Of a stretch of 35,423 nt of DNA, positions 18,181-28,452 are shown piece by piece. The first letter of the stretch is position 1. Each line of letters opens with the position of its first letter. The translations under genes were made by a program, and so were the position numbers. This DNA comes from Oligoflexaceae bacterium (GTDB lineage: Bacteria; Bdellovibrionota_B; Oligoflexia; Oligoflexales; Oligoflexaceae): positions 1 through 35,423 of the forward strand of contig CANJJY010000001.1 in assembly GCA_947474445.1 (NCBI GenBank). Reading direction: 5' to 3'. The notes under the pieces were generated by a model, which was given only the letters and a program-made list of their open reading frames with translations, was not told the DNA's origin and did no database searches.

Positions 18181-19467
18181 TCAGCCCGCTTCGGCATCGC
18201 CGGGGGTCTGCTCTTCTTCTTCCTCGTCACCTCCTCCATCCTTGTCCATCTCATCGCTTCTCAGCCAGGACTTTTGAATGAGATCGTCAGCGATGCCGAG
18301 GCTGTCTCGGCTCCGACCATCACTGATCCTGAGAGAGAGCGCTGTATATTCTGCCAACACCAGTCGCGCCAAATGAAAGCTTTTACTGCGATTGAGCCAG
18401 CGGCAAATCGCTAACCAGCAGAGCAATTGCTGGTCAATGGATTCTAAGCCTTCGATATCGACAATCACTTTCTCAATGTGGCCTAGCCTCAGCAGGAAGG
18501 GGATTTCCGTATCGCTGCAATGTTCAAGAGACATCGCAAGGCGAAAGGATTTGGCGTCTTTGCGAGCGTCGAGTTGAGTTCGACGGAATACAGCCGTAAT
18601 GCTAGAAAACTCCTGGTGCCATCGGTTTGATCCGATGGCCCGCGTCCAAAAGAAGGCTTCAAGAAGAAAAGGCGCCTGATAGTGAGACTTGCCCTTGCGG
18701 GTCAATTCCATCATTTTATTGAGATCTTGATGAACAAAAATATCTCTTCGACACTTCTCCCAGTGGAGTTCGTTGACGAGCGAAGGAGACAGAGGAACCA
18801 AGCTCAAGGTCTTATCCATAAGGTCGTCGAACTCAGGCAGCGCGCCCTTTAATCTCAAACAACGCAACTGACCTAAGCGAGCCATCTCAAAAGCTGAAGG
18901 ATCACTCTGCACGAGGCTTTGCTCAGCTTGTGCGTAGTATTCACAGGCCAGAGCGCATTGGCCCATACGCATGCAGCGAGCGGCCAGTGTCAAAAGTTGG
19001 CTTGCAGTGGCTTGCGATAGCTTGGCCCCCGATACTTGAAGAGCCATCTGCTGTTGCCAAGTCGAAGCCCACACTTTGCCTTCCCGCAGGTAAATTTGGC
19101 TTTTGAGACGGTGCAGATCACCGTAAAGGTAGGCAAGTTTTGATTTAAAAGGAGTTATTTTCGACTTTTGTAAAATGCCTTGAGCTAACTCGAGCAAACG
19201 ACTGACTTCTCCTTCGCTTAATCCCCCGCTCTTCCCATGAAAGTCCAGCACGTGGAAGATAGTCAGCAGAAGGCGCTGCAGCGAAGATGTGTCATCAAAT
19301 TGTGCAAGGCGGTAGATTTCTTGTTTGAGAGACTCGCGGCATTGATTTTCGCTTTGCCGTGCACGCAAAGTCGCGATTTCAGAATCGACTAATATTCTGA
19401 TCGCATCGATGTCTTTGGTATTCCACTTGAGTCTAGGGATAGCCGACCTCTTGGTTCGTCCATGCAT
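18181..19467 (-). CDS. Hypothetical alpha-helical (TPR-like) protein, 428 aa, acidic tail
   Basis: Long ORF with Leu/Ala-rich amphipathic helices (AYLYGDLHRLKSQIYLREG, CALACEYYAQAEQ); no catalytic motif recognised; tail GGGDEEEEEQ. Confidence 0.75.
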   Translation of the reverse strand: MHGRTKRSAIPRLKWNTKDIDAIRILVDSEIATLRARQSENQCRESLKQEIYRLAQFDDTSSLQRLLLTIFHVLDFHGKSGGLSEGEVSRLLELAQGILQKSKITPFKSKLAYLYGDLHRLKSQIYLREGKVWASTWQQQMALQVSGAKLSQATASQLLTLAARCMRMGQCALACEYYAQAEQSLVQSDPSAFEMARLGQLRCLRLKGALPEFDDLMDKTLSLVPLSPSLVNELHWEKCRRDIFVHQDLNKMMELTRKGKSHYQAPFLLEAFFWTRAIGSNRWHQEFSSITAVFRRTQLDARKDAKSFRLAMSLEHCSDTEIPFLLRLGHIEKVIVDIEGLESIDQQLLCWLAICRWLNRSKSFHLARLVLAEYTALSLRISDGRSRDSLGIADDLIQKSWLRSDEMDKDGGGDEEEEEQTPGDAEAG

Positions 19468-19598
19468 GGACTCTTCTCAAGTAGGTATCGGCTTTGTCAG
19501 GCTTTTTTTTAGCGCCAGCTTTTTGCTGCGGCAATTCCCAGGCACTAAACCGCAACCAAGGCGGCAGTCATGCCGCTTATTTCAGCCTTTGCCAATTT

Positions 19599-21470
19599 CT
19601 AGAGAGCAGGACAACCCGCTGCAATATGCACATGCAGAATTTGAACCGCCGCCGGCGTCATGCCGCTAATACGAGAAGCTTGTCCCAAATTTCCGGGCTG
19701 ATGCCGCCTGAGCTTTTCCGACACTTCGCGACTGAGCCCATTCACTTTTTCATATTGAATATGATTCGGAATTTTGACCTTTTCCAGTTGATCGGCGCTT
19801 TTAATAGCGCGCCTTTCTCTCTCGATATATCCAGCATACTTGACTTCAATTTCCAGCCGCCGCAAAACCGATCGGTCAAACCCGGCGAGAGCTGGCACAA
19901 AGGGGAGAATATCGAAGATGGAAACACGTGGCTTCCTGAGGAGCGCATCCAGCTTGGTTCCTGTGTTATCGCGAGCATCGAGAAATTCTGCCGGTATTGC
20001 ATGAGAACCGATCGGCGTTGACTCGACGACCTGATGAGCTTCCGTCAATTGCTCCTGACGGGCCAGAAAGCTTGCATAATCGTCTTCGGACAGCAGACCT
20101 ATGCTGTGGCCGATTTCGCTGAGACGTAAATCGGCATTATCTTCGCGGAGGTAAAGCCGATGTTCGGCTCGCGACGTAAACATTCGATAGGGCTCACTGG
20201 TCCCTTTTGTCACCAGATCATCGATCAAAACGCCAAGGTAGGCTTCCGATCGTGTTAGAACCAAACCTTCATTACCCTGCGACAAACGTGCTGCATTGAT
20301 GCCTGCCATCAGTCCCTGGGCGGCTGCCTCCTCATAGCCCGTCGTTCCATTGATCTGACCTGCCAGAAACAATCCGGCGACCTTCTTGGTCTCCAACGTA
20401 AATTTCAGTTCAGTCGGATCGACAAAGTCATATTCAATTGCATAACCAGGACGGATGATTTCAGCTTGCTCCAGGCCAACCACGGTGCGTATGAATTCGA
20501 TTTGCGCATGCAAGGGCAAAGACGTCGACAATCCATTCGGATAGACCTCGCAGGTATCATAACCTTGCGGTTCTAGAAAGATCTGGTGCTCGATGCGATC
20601 AGGAAACTTCACGACCTTATCTTCGATGGAGGGACAGTAGCGGGGACCGATGCCTACGATCTCTCCACTGTAGAGGGGCGATTCACTTAAATGGTTTCGA
20701 ATGACCTCATGAGTCTTTTCGTTCGTATAAGTAATGTGCATAGGTATGAGAGCTTGAGTGATGCTCTTGGTGCTGAAGCTGAATGGAATGATGTCTTCAT
20801 CTGAATGTTGAGCTTCGCATGCGGCCCAATTGATGGTTTTTGCATCGAGGCGCGGAGTTGTGCCAGTTTTGAGCCGTCCGACCCGAAAACCAAAGTCCCT
20901 GAGAAACTGAGCGAGACCGATGGAGGGGGCATCGCCGGCGCGTCCCGCACTAATCTTTTCAGACCCGATGTGGATGAGCCCGTTCAAAAAAGTTCCCGTC
21001 GTAATCACCACGGCATCACTTTCGAAGCGACCGAACAAACGCGTTTCGACCCCTTTGACTTCGGGATCACCGCCTTCAGCTTTTTGACCAACCAGCAAAC
21101 CTTCGACTGTATCCTGCCGTATGTGCAATCCAGGAACTGCTTCCAGCGTGTGCTTCATCAGCCGTCGGTAGGCATCCATATCAGCCTGAGCGCGCGAAGA
21201 CCAGATGGCTGGCCCCTTCTTGCGATTGAGGATGCGATACTGGATCCCGGTGGCATCGATCGCCTTAGCCATTTGCCCGCCAAGCGCATCGATTTCCTTA
21301 ACCAAGTGACCCTTGGCAGTCCCCCCTATCGCAGGGTTGCACGACATAGCCGCAATACGATCTACCGACTGCGTCACGAGGAGGGTTTTCCGTCCCATGC
21401 GAGCCGATGCCAGAGCAGCTTCACAACCTGCATGCCCCCCCCCGATAACGATCACGTCAAAGCGCTTCAT
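19599..21470 (-). CDS. mnmG: tRNA uridine-5-carboxymethylaminomethyl(34) synthesis enzyme MnmG (GidA)
   Basis: [81 protein letters not shown]; ATG 21470 chosen as start. Confidence 0.98.
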   Translation of the reverse strand: MKRFDVIVIGGGHAGCEAALASARMGRKTLLVTQSVDRIAAMSCNPAIGGTAKGHLVKEIDALGGQMAKAIDATGIQYRILNRKKGPAIWSSRAQADMDAYRRLMKHTLEAVPGLHIRQDTVEGLLVGQKAEGGDPEVKGVETRLFGRFESDAVVITTGTFLNGLIHIGSEKISAGRAGDAPSIGLAQFLRDFGFRVGRLKTGTTPRLDAKTINWAACEAQHSDEDIIPFSFSTKSITQALIPMHITYTNEKTHEVIRNHLSESPLYSGEIVGIGPRYCPSIEDKVVKFPDRIEHQIFLEPQGYDTCEVYPNGLSTSLPLHAQIEFIRTVVGLEQAEIIRPGYAIEYDFVDPTELKFTLETKKVAGLFLAGQINGTTGYEEAAAQGLMAGINAARLSQGNEGLVLTRSEAYLGVLIDDLVTKGTSEPYRMFTSRAEHRLYLREDNADLRLSEIGHSIGLLSEDDYASFLARQEQLTEAHQVVESTPIGSHAIPAEFLDARDNTGTKLDALLRKPRVSIFDILPFVPALAGFDRSVLRRLEIEVKYAGYIERERRAIKSADQLEKVKIPNHIQYEKVNGLSREVSEKLRRHQPGNLGQASRISGMTPAAVQILHVHIAAGCPAL

Positions 21471-21747
21471 ATAGTTCGATGTCCCTGTGCAAAGCCTTGA
21501 GCTTTTAGAACTCTTAGTCCGTGGAAATCTGGTACTAACGTAATAAGCCAAATATGACAAGGCTTCATACCGCGCTCGCCCGATCAATTGCTATCGCTCG
21601 CAGCGGTAAAGACCTTTTCTACCAATGTTTTCAAAGCTTGCGGTGACTTGCTATTTTTAGACTCATCGAGTAATTGTGAGTGCACTAGGGGGCCTCACCA
21701 GGCTAAATTGCTCATTAAGAATGACCGAGGACTATAAGGAATACGCC

Positions 21748-22851
21748 ATGGCAATTTTCGAAGATTTGACCACGATGGGGCACGAACAGGTGGTCTTCTG
21801 CCAAGACAAGTCGAGCGGCCTGAAAGCGATCATCGCGATTCACGATACGACCTTGGGACCAGCCCTCGGCGGATGTCGCATGTGGGACTATAAATCGGAC
21901 GAAGAAGCCTTGCGCGATGTCTTGCGTCTCTCTCGAGGCATGACTTACAAAGCCGCGGTCACAGGCTTGAATCTCGGCGGTGGGAAAGCCGTCATCCTGG
22001 GCGATCCAAAGAAAATTAAAAGCGAAGCCTTGTTCCGGACTTTCGGACGCTTTATCGAAAGTTTGGGTGGCCGCTATATCACCGCGGAAGATGTTAACAT
22101 CCGCGTAAGCGACATCGAACAAGTAGCCCTCGAAACGGCCTATGTTTCGGGCGTCACCAACCGGGCTGGTGGCTCGGGCGATCCTTCTCCTGTAACAGCT
22201 TGGGGCGTTTACAATGGTATCAGGGCTTCGGTAGCCCACAAGCTGCAAAAAGACACCTTGAAAGGCGTAAGCGTCGCCGTTCAGGGCTGCGGAGCGGTTG
22301 GCTCTCACTTAGTTGAGTATCTTGTCAATGATGGCGCAAAGGTCTTCGTCGCTGACATCGATGTTGAAAGAGTCAAGTTCAACGTGAAGCAGTATGGAGC
22401 GGAAGCGAGTCAGCTGCACGAGATTCACAAATTAGCGGTCGATGTCTATGCTCCTTGCGCACTCGGCGGAACTTTAAACGATCAGACGATTCCTGAAATA
22501 AAAGCCGCGATTGTTGCGGGCGCTGCCAACAATCAGCTCCTGGACGAACAAGTCCATGGTTCGATGCTGAAAGAACGCAACATTTTGTATGCGCCGGATT
22601 ATGTGATCAACGCGGGTGGTCTCATCAATGTTTACCAAGAATTGCATGGGTATGACGCGCAGATCGCTAAGAAGAAAGCAGCTAACATCTACGAAACTCT
22701 TCTCGCCATCTATCGTGATGCTGAGGAAAAAGGCATCACGACCAATCAATCATCGAATGAGCTGGCTGAAAAACGCCTAAATGCCGTGCGTGGCATGCGC
22801 GACTTGCGGAATACGCTGGGCACTCAAAAATGGTCGGCGAAAAATTCTTAA
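21748..22851 (+). CDS. Leucine dehydrogenase (Glu/Leu/Phe/Val dehydrogenase family)
   Basis: HEQVVFCQD..GLKAIIAIHDTTLGPALGGCRMW, LSRGMTYK, GGGKAV, GRYITAEDV, GDPSPVTAWGV, QGCGAVG, YAPDYVINAGG; ATG 21748 after AAGGA. Confidence 0.95.
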   Translation: MAIFEDLTTMGHEQVVFCQDKSSGLKAIIAIHDTTLGPALGGCRMWDYKSDEEALRDVLRLSRGMTYKAAVTGLNLGGGKAVILGDPKKIKSEALFRTFGRFIESLGGRYITAEDVNIRVSDIEQVALETAYVSGVTNRAGGSGDPSPVTAWGVYNGIRASVAHKLQKDTLKGVSVAVQGCGAVGSHLVEYLVNDGAKVFVADIDVERVKFNVKQYGAEASQLHEIHKLAVDVYAPCALGGTLNDQTIPEIKAAIVAGAANNQLLDEQVHGSMLKERNILYAPDYVINAGGLINVYQELHGYDAQIAKKKAANIYETLLAIYRDAEEKGITTNQSSNELAEKRLNAVRGMRDLRNTLGTQKWSAKNS

Positions 22852-22862
22852 GTACCGACACC

Positions 22863-22889
22863 GGCGGCTGAGTTCGATGCTCAGCCGTT
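22863..22889. terminator. Hairpin between convergent leucine dehydrogenase and COG3014 genes
   Basis: CGGCTGAG (22865-72) / CTCAGCCG (22880-87) stem extended by G-U pairs; U-tail is weak. Confidence 0.5.
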
Positions 22890-24185
22890 CCCGCTGTCGC
22901 GGATGATGATAATCTCTCCAGCCTTCACGGCGACCCGCCGGACATCCGACGTGCGACCATCATTAAAGATTCTCAATTCATAATCTCCCGGCGCTAATCG
23001 AAGACGGCTGACTGAGAAAGCAGCTGGCAAGAGGGTCCATGAGCGCGTATCGGCCGTTTCGGTGACAGCTCCGTAGATGTTCCCGGCTAACCACCCCAAA
23101 ATCCCGAACTCTTCTTGAGCTTTGCGCGTCATCTGACCTTTGAGGAGCAAGCGCGCGGCGGATTTAGCGACGAGACGGAGTCTTCGATCTTCGAGGGTAT
23201 GCGAAGCGATGATATCCATATTCTGACTTAATTCGGCTGTGGTCTGGCCGATACCTTCAGCCGATACACCTGTCCGTCCGAACGAGGGTCGTCGCGGCTT
23301 AATGACGGGGAAAGAGAAACGTATGACTTGATTCGCGATTGGCAAGACGAACTCTGTACGTTCTTTCCGAGCGATCAAGCCCTGCTCGTGAAGGACGACG
23401 ACTTCGCCTTTTGTGTCTTTAGAGCGATCTTTACCGTCTTTTTCAAGATCAGAGAGCCGATATTTTTCGCGCAAAATCCGCGCTTCATCCGCTCGGTTTC
23501 TCTTGATCAAAAGACGGGCCAAGGCCTCAACGAGGTGATCAGGAGCCTCTGTATCAAAGTAGCGGCGATAATCTCCTTCATAAACCTTCATAGCGCTGCG
23601 GTAGTCGACAATTGCATTGTCGTCTTCGCCCAAAGCTTCGTAGATTATGCCCGACAAATAGCGTGCATAGGCGTCTTCTTTATACTTATTCTTATTCTCA
23701 TCATAGAAGCTGTTGATCTCGCCTAAACGCGTGTTGATCCGAGCAGCTTCCACGCGAGCCGCCGCCAAATTACCTTCGGCAATGAACGAATGGGCCAGCA
23801 TAGTGTGAATGGCTACCTTCTCATAATCTTCACCGGCATAATCCGAAGCAGCATCGTTATAGACAAAGCTGGCCGCAGTCTTACTGATGCTGGTGGTATA
23901 CAGCTGGTCGACCACCTGATCGGCACGCAAAAGCATTTTTCTTGATTCGTCCCCTTGCCCCATCCGATCCAAAATCCTCGAACGCTCGAGAAGATAGAGC
24001 AGCCGATTGCGAGACTGCTCTTTGACATCAGAGGAATCAAGCTTTTGCAGCGCGGTTGCATACTGCCCTCCACGATAGGACGAGACCACTTCACGGGTCT
24101 CATCCGTATATGAAGCACAGCTTATGACCAATACGAGGCTCCATACGAAGCCGAATGGTGCCGCCCTGGAACGGAATATGGCCAT
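22881..24185 (-). CDS. COG3014-family TPR-like lipoprotein
   Basis: Lipobox-like VISC; YAGEDYEKV, AARVEA, YLSGIIYEALG..DNAIVDY, ETADTRSWTLLP, LRLAPGDY; TGATG coupling to lpoB. Confidence 0.85.
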   Translation of the reverse strand: MAIFRSRAAPFGFVWSLVLVISCASYTDETREVVSSYRGGQYATALQKLDSSDVKEQSRNRLLYLLERSRILDRMGQGDESRKMLLRADQVVDQLYTTSISKTAASFVYNDAASDYAGEDYEKVAIHTMLAHSFIAEGNLAAARVEAARINTRLGEINSFYDENKNKYKEDAYARYLSGIIYEALGEDDNAIVDYRSAMKVYEGDYRRYFDTEAPDHLVEALARLLIKRNRADEARILREKYRLSDLEKDGKDRSKDTKGEVVVLHEQGLIARKERTEFVLPIANQVIRFSFPVIKPRRPSFGRTGVSAEGIGQTTAELSQNMDIIASHTLEDRRLRLVAKSAARLLLKGQMTRKAQEEFGILGWLAGNIYGAVTETADTRSWTLLPAAFSVSRLRLAPGDYELRIFNDGRTSDVRRVAVKAGEIIIIRDSGNG

Positions 24186-24808
24186 CAGAGTCCTGCAGAC
24201 GAACGCTTGAAGCGCTTCTTGATGAGTTCTTTACCGCTCCAAGTCATTTCCGTCGTATTGAGATCCGTGAGATTTAAAGCCGTTTGGTAAGTGACCGTTT
24301 TAAGGCCCCCCTGACTGTGCACCGAACTGGAAATCGCACCGCTGAGCATAAAGTCGGCACCGATTTGGTTACCCAACTTCTTCTTGGACCCTTCAGCCGT
24401 CGTTCCTGAGTTCTGGTATTTAATCTCATCCAGGATCTGCTTACGTTTTTCGGCATTGAGGAATCGAACTTTGCCGGAATTGATCAGTTCGTCTTGAATA
24501 AATTCCGTCAAAGCCTTGGTATCAATGTGTTCGTCAGTCCGGTTGGCCACGTCATCGACGATGACGACAGGCTTTTGCTTTTTTCTTTCTTCGTACACGG
24601 CTAACCACGGTTTGCTCAAGACCTGCTGGATCATCGACGTGGCCGTCTTACGGGCATCGGTCTCGTTCCATTTGTCATCGACGATCTCGGCCTGAGCAGG
24701 GTCGTTATAGGTTCCCTCAAAATCGGGGCTGCAGGCGCCCAAACTCAATCCCAAAGCGATTGCCTGGAAGGCAAACCTTACTTTTTTTCCCGGTGTCGAC
24801 ATCGGCAT
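24185..24808 (-). CDS. lpoB: Penicillin-binding protein activator LpoB-family lipoprotein
   Basis: Lipobox LGAC; KWNETD, VANRTDEHIDTKALT, LINSGKVRF, IGADFMLSGAISS, LTDLNTTEMTWS. Confidence 0.85.
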   Translation of the reverse strand: MPMSTPGKKVRFAFQAIALGLSLGACSPDFEGTYNDPAQAEIVDDKWNETDARKTATSMIQQVLSKPWLAVYEERKKQKPVVIVDDVANRTDEHIDTKALTEFIQDELINSGKVRFLNAEKRKQILDEIKYQNSGTTAEGSKKKLGNQIGADFMLSGAISSSVHSQGGLKTVTYQTALNLTDLNTTEMTWSGKELIKKRFKRSSAGL

Positions 24809-24964
24809 AGACTCCTAAGCAAAATCTGATCTCTATCTCTTACCATCAGCATGATAAGATACTGAGGAGTTCGTGCACAAATAAATAGTCACGCTCAAGT
24901 CGGCAGTGGGAAGAAAATGCCGGGCATCGACCGGCGCTTTTCACCAGAGGAAAGGATATCCCCC

Positions 24965-25432
24965 ATGAAGATTTTAGCTTTAACGTTTCTCGCCGTCGTC
25001 TCCTTCTCAGCCTTTGCAGCTGGGACTGGAGTCCGCAGCGTTTACGTCAACGGTATCGACATTTCCTCTGTTCGCAATCAATCTCTGACTCACGTGGATG
25101 TCAAAATTGACGGTAATGGCGACCTCTATATCGTGGCCCCTCAGTATGAAGTTCAGCAGGAAAACACATTCGTCCCACTAGGCCAACAAGGCATAAGCCA
25201 TTCCAGCCCAATCGAGCACAAGACGCCCAGTGCGCTCAACCGTAAGGCTCAAGCCCCGTCCGCTGATACACCTGCTGGGCTTGCCACAGCCCCCGAAACA
25301 GGCGATACCATTCCTAAGTCTGACTTGAGGGGCGTTTCAGAAGAAGCGACTCCACCGTCTGAAAAAGCAGGAACAAGGATCGCTCCCGATGCTCGGCAAA
25401 GCCCCCCAGGATCTGGCACAAACTTACAGTGA
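24965..25432 (+). CDS. Hypothetical secreted protein with small beta-rich N-domain and Pro/Ser/Thr-rich tail
   Basis: Signal peptide MKILALTFLAVVSFSAFA; SVYVNGIDISSVRNQSLTHVDVKIDGNGDLYIVAPQYEV; SD GAGG/AAGGA upstream of ATG 24965. Confidence 0.75.
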   Translation: MKILALTFLAVVSFSAFAAGTGVRSVYVNGIDISSVRNQSLTHVDVKIDGNGDLYIVAPQYEVQQENTFVPLGQQGISHSSPIEHKTPSALNRKAQAPSADTPAGLATAPETGDTIPKSDLRGVSEEATPPSEKAGTRIAPDARQSPPGSGTNLQ

Positions 25433-26087
25433 GCTTCAGAATCGCCTCACCTTGTATCGCCCTGATGGCCTTGCGCCCGAGCTGCTAGCCGTCAGCAAAG
25501 GTCATCCCGCTTCGCGCATTCGCGAACTCTTCCATTTAGGCCAAAAGCGATTTGGCGAAAATTATGTCCAGGAACTCCTGTCAAAAGCTGAGGAACTAGC
25601 CGATTTATCCATCGAATGGGTTTTCATCGGCCACCTTCAGTCCAATAAGATCCGAAAGCTGCTCGACGTTTGCACCGCAATTCAGACTTTGGCTCAATGG
25701 TCCCATGCCGAGCAGATAGCGCGCGTGATCGACCAGCGCGGTCATGCCCCCTTTGAGGTGTACCTCGAAGTTAAGGTCGACGTGGGCGACACCAAAAGCG
25801 GCCTTGCATGGGGCGATGTTCTGCCGATGAGCCAGCGAATTCAAAAGGAACTTCCTCAGCTACGGCTGCGTGGCCTTATGGCGATTCCTCCGAGTATTTA
25901 TCAAGACGAGACTTTTACCGAGGTCCCCCCGCTCTATCGGGACCTCCGGGATCTTGCCTCGCAAGTAGGGGATGGACTTCTGTCTCTCGGCATGTCCGGC
26001 GACTTGCGACTTGCTCTCGCTGCTGGGTCCGATCAAGTGAGAATAGGCCAGGCACTGATGGGACCTCGCGCCTCGCGTCATGAGTGA
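25389..26087 (+). CDS. yggS: YggS/PLPBP pyridoxal-phosphate homeostasis protein
   Basis: LLAVSK (PLP lysine), FGENYVQE, FIGHLQSNK, KSG, LRGLMAIP, LSLGMSGD, VRIG; overlaps the upstream ORF by 44 nt. Confidence 0.95.
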   Translation: MLGKAPQDLAQTYSELQNRLTLYRPDGLAPELLAVSKGHPASRIRELFHLGQKRFGENYVQELLSKAEELADLSIEWVFIGHLQSNKIRKLLDVCTAIQTLAQWSHAEQIARVIDQRGHAPFEVYLEVKVDVGDTKSGLAWGDVLPMSQRIQKELPQLRLRGLMAIPPSIYQDETFTEVPPLYRDLRDLASQVGDGLLSLGMSGDLRLALAAGSDQVRIGQALMGPRASRHE

Positions 26088-26235
26088 ACAGTCTCCTTGG
26101 CCCTGCACGGGGCTTTCGCGGCTAAAGTCTCGCCGGAAACGGGCAAGTCTGCTAGTCTCAGACATTCTAAGGGCATGATGGGAATTGGCGCACACCCTTT
26201 CAATGCTGATGAATTTGCGCCCAGCGAGGATGGCG

Positions 26236-28326
26236 ATGCAGACCCGTGAAAATCCCCTGTTGGACAACCACGATTTACCCCATTTCGATAGAATCGCTCC
26301 TGAGCATGTCCGTCCGGCGGCGGAAGAAATCTTACGCCGCTGCGAAGCGGCTCTTCAGCAGTTGGAAGCAAGCGCCGAAGTTAGCTGGCTAGGGGTCCTT
26401 GAACCTTTAGAACGCATTCGCCGCCAACTTCACAGCACGTGGAGTCCAGTTCAGCATCTCATCGGTGTGAAAAATTCGGCAGCCCTCCGTGAGGTCTACG
26501 AGAGTACTCTGCCTTTAATGGTGAGCTTTTCCTTGCGGCTTTCGCAGAGCAAAGCAGTTTTCGCAAGGCTCAAAAGCCTGCGAGAAGGCCCCCTATGGTC
26601 GCAGCTGAATTCAGCTCAGCAACGCGTGATTCACCATGCCCTTCTCAACGCCAGATTGTCCGGCATTGAGCTCGAAGGTCCAGAGCAAGAACGATTCAAC
26701 GAAATCTCAAAGCGTCTCTCGCAGCTACAGACCAGTTTCTCAAACAATGTTCTCGATGCAACCAAAGAGTTCGAGCTTCTGGTTCGCAACCCTGCAGACC
26801 TCGAGGGTGTCCCTGCTAATTTTAAAGCGTACTGGTCAGGAAACTTCAATCAGAGGCATCCTAACGATGCCAAAAGCACGGTTGAAGAGGGGCCCTGGAG
26901 TGTGACCCTCGATTTTGCCAGCTATATGCCTTTCTTAAAATACTGCCGCAATCGCACTCTGCGCGAGCAGATCTATCGGGCCTACGTGACGCGCGCTTCG
27001 ACGGGCAAACTGGACAACAGACCAAATATTCACGAGATTATAGAACTGCGGCAGGAGCAGGCCCGTTTACTTAAGTATCCGAACTACGCCGAAGTCAGTT
27101 TAGCGATGAAGATGGCCGGTAAAGTTCCCGCGGTCGATCAGCTTCTCCACGACTTAGCAGATGCTGCCGCGCTCCCAGCTCGACGTGAAATCGACGAACT
27201 CAAAGTTTTCGCCGGCCAACTCGGTCAGCGCGAGGAACTTAAGAATTGGGATATGCATTATTATCTCGAGAAAATGCGTCAAAAGAAATTTGACTTCAGC
27301 GACGACGAATTACGTCCGTATTTCCCGCTCCCACGCGTTCTCGAGGGATTATTTTCTTTGCTCAAAAAGCTGTTTGGAATCCAGGTCGAGGAAAAGAAAA
27401 CCGGTATTCCTCGCTGGCATCCAGACGTCATGTACTTTGATGTTCTAGACGAAAAAAACAAGAAAATCGCCGCCTTCTACCTCGACCCTTACTCTAGACC
27501 GGCCGAAAAGCGAGGGGGAGCTTGGATGGATACCTGTCTGGATCGAGGCCATTACCAGGGTCGAGAGATTGTGCCTGTCGCCTATCTCGTCTGCAACGGA
27601 ACGCCTCCCATAGGATCGACTCCCTCGCTCCTCAGCTTTGATGAAGTTGAGACTCTCTTTCATGAGTTCGGTCACGGACTGCAGCATATGCTAACCCGAA
27701 TCGATCAACTCGACGTTGCCGGCATCAACGGGATTGAATGGGATGCCGTCGAACTTCCCAGCCAATTCATGGAAAACTGGTGCTATCAGAAACCTGTCAT
27801 TAAAAATCTGACTAAGCACATCGAGACCGGTGCCACCCTACCCGACGAACTCTTCGATAAAATAAATCTGGCAAAAACCTTCAATGCTGCCAACTCCATG
27901 GTAAGGCAGCTGCATTTTGCAATGGTCGATATGGAGTTGCACGCGCGGTTTGACCCTCAAGGCAAAGAAACCATCGAAGAGCTCAACGCGCGCATAGCAA
28001 ACAAGATTTGTCCCATTCCCCCTTTGCCGGAAGATCGTGCCCTTTGCACGTTTGAACATATTTTTTCTGGCTCATATGCGGCTGGCTATTATAGCTACAA
28101 ATGGGCTGAGGTTCTCAGCGCTGATGCCTTCAGTCGCTTTGAAGAAGAAGGCTTGGACGATGGAACAGTCGCTCGCGTTGGTCGGGATTTTCGCGATACG
28201 GTCCTGTCGCTCGGAGGGAGTCTTCACCCTATGGATGTCTTTACCCGCTTTCGAGGTCGACCTCCACGCGTCGATGCACTCTTACGGCACAACGGGTTGA
28301 GTGAAGGTGCAGATGGACCTTCTTAA
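26236..28326 (+). CDS. prlC: Oligopeptidase A (M3A metallopeptidase)
   Basis: NPLL..LPHFDRI.PEHV, FSNNVLDAT, LRPYFPL, FYLDPYSR..KRGGAWM, LFHEFGHGLQH (HExxH), WDAVELPSQFMENW, HIFSGSYAAGYYSYKWAE; ATG 26236 after GAGGA. Confidence 0.95.
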   Translation: MQTRENPLLDNHDLPHFDRIAPEHVRPAAEEILRRCEAALQQLEASAEVSWLGVLEPLERIRRQLHSTWSPVQHLIGVKNSAALREVYESTLPLMVSFSLRLSQSKAVFARLKSLREGPLWSQLNSAQQRVIHHALLNARLSGIELEGPEQERFNEISKRLSQLQTSFSNNVLDATKEFELLVRNPADLEGVPANFKAYWSGNFNQRHPNDAKSTVEEGPWSVTLDFASYMPFLKYCRNRTLREQIYRAYVTRASTGKLDNRPNIHEIIELRQEQARLLKYPNYAEVSLAMKMAGKVPAVDQLLHDLADAAALPARREIDELKVFAGQLGQREELKNWDMHYYLEKMRQKKFDFSDDELRPYFPLPRVLEGLFSLLKKLFGIQVEEKKTGIPRWHPDVMYFDVLDEKNKKIAAFYLDPYSRPAEKRGGAWMDTCLDRGHYQGREIVPVAYLVCNGTPPIGSTPSLLSFDEVETLFHEFGHGLQHMLTRIDQLDVAGINGIEWDAVELPSQFMENWCYQKPVIKNLTKHIETGATLPDELFDKINLAKTFNAANSMVRQLHFAMVDMELHARFDPQGKETIEELNARIANKICPIPPLPEDRALCTFEHIFSGSYAAGYYSYKWAEVLSADAFSRFEEEGLDDGTVARVGRDFRDTVLSLGGSLHPMDVFTRFRGRPPRVDALLRHNGLSEGADGPS

Positions 28327-28452
28327 AGTGGCTGGTCAAAAAATCATCGTTTTATACCGTCGTTTCTGAAAGAATATAACAGATCAATCTCTCCATGCGC
28401 CTGGCCACTGACCCAGGTGTAAAGGAGGGAAGATGTTAAGGAGGGGTCTCTT

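Noticed and set aside
21435-21443. C9/G9 tract in mnmG (also G9 at 33309-33317 and C8 at 32134-32141) as phase-variable sites
   Set aside because: All are in frame and encode Gly or Pro runs; the mnmG run encodes the conserved GGGHAG motif.
21471-21747. oriC next to mnmG
   Set aside because: No TTATCCACA-type DnaA boxes or AT-rich unwinding repeats seen, and none of dnaA, rsmG, parAB or mnmE is adjacent.
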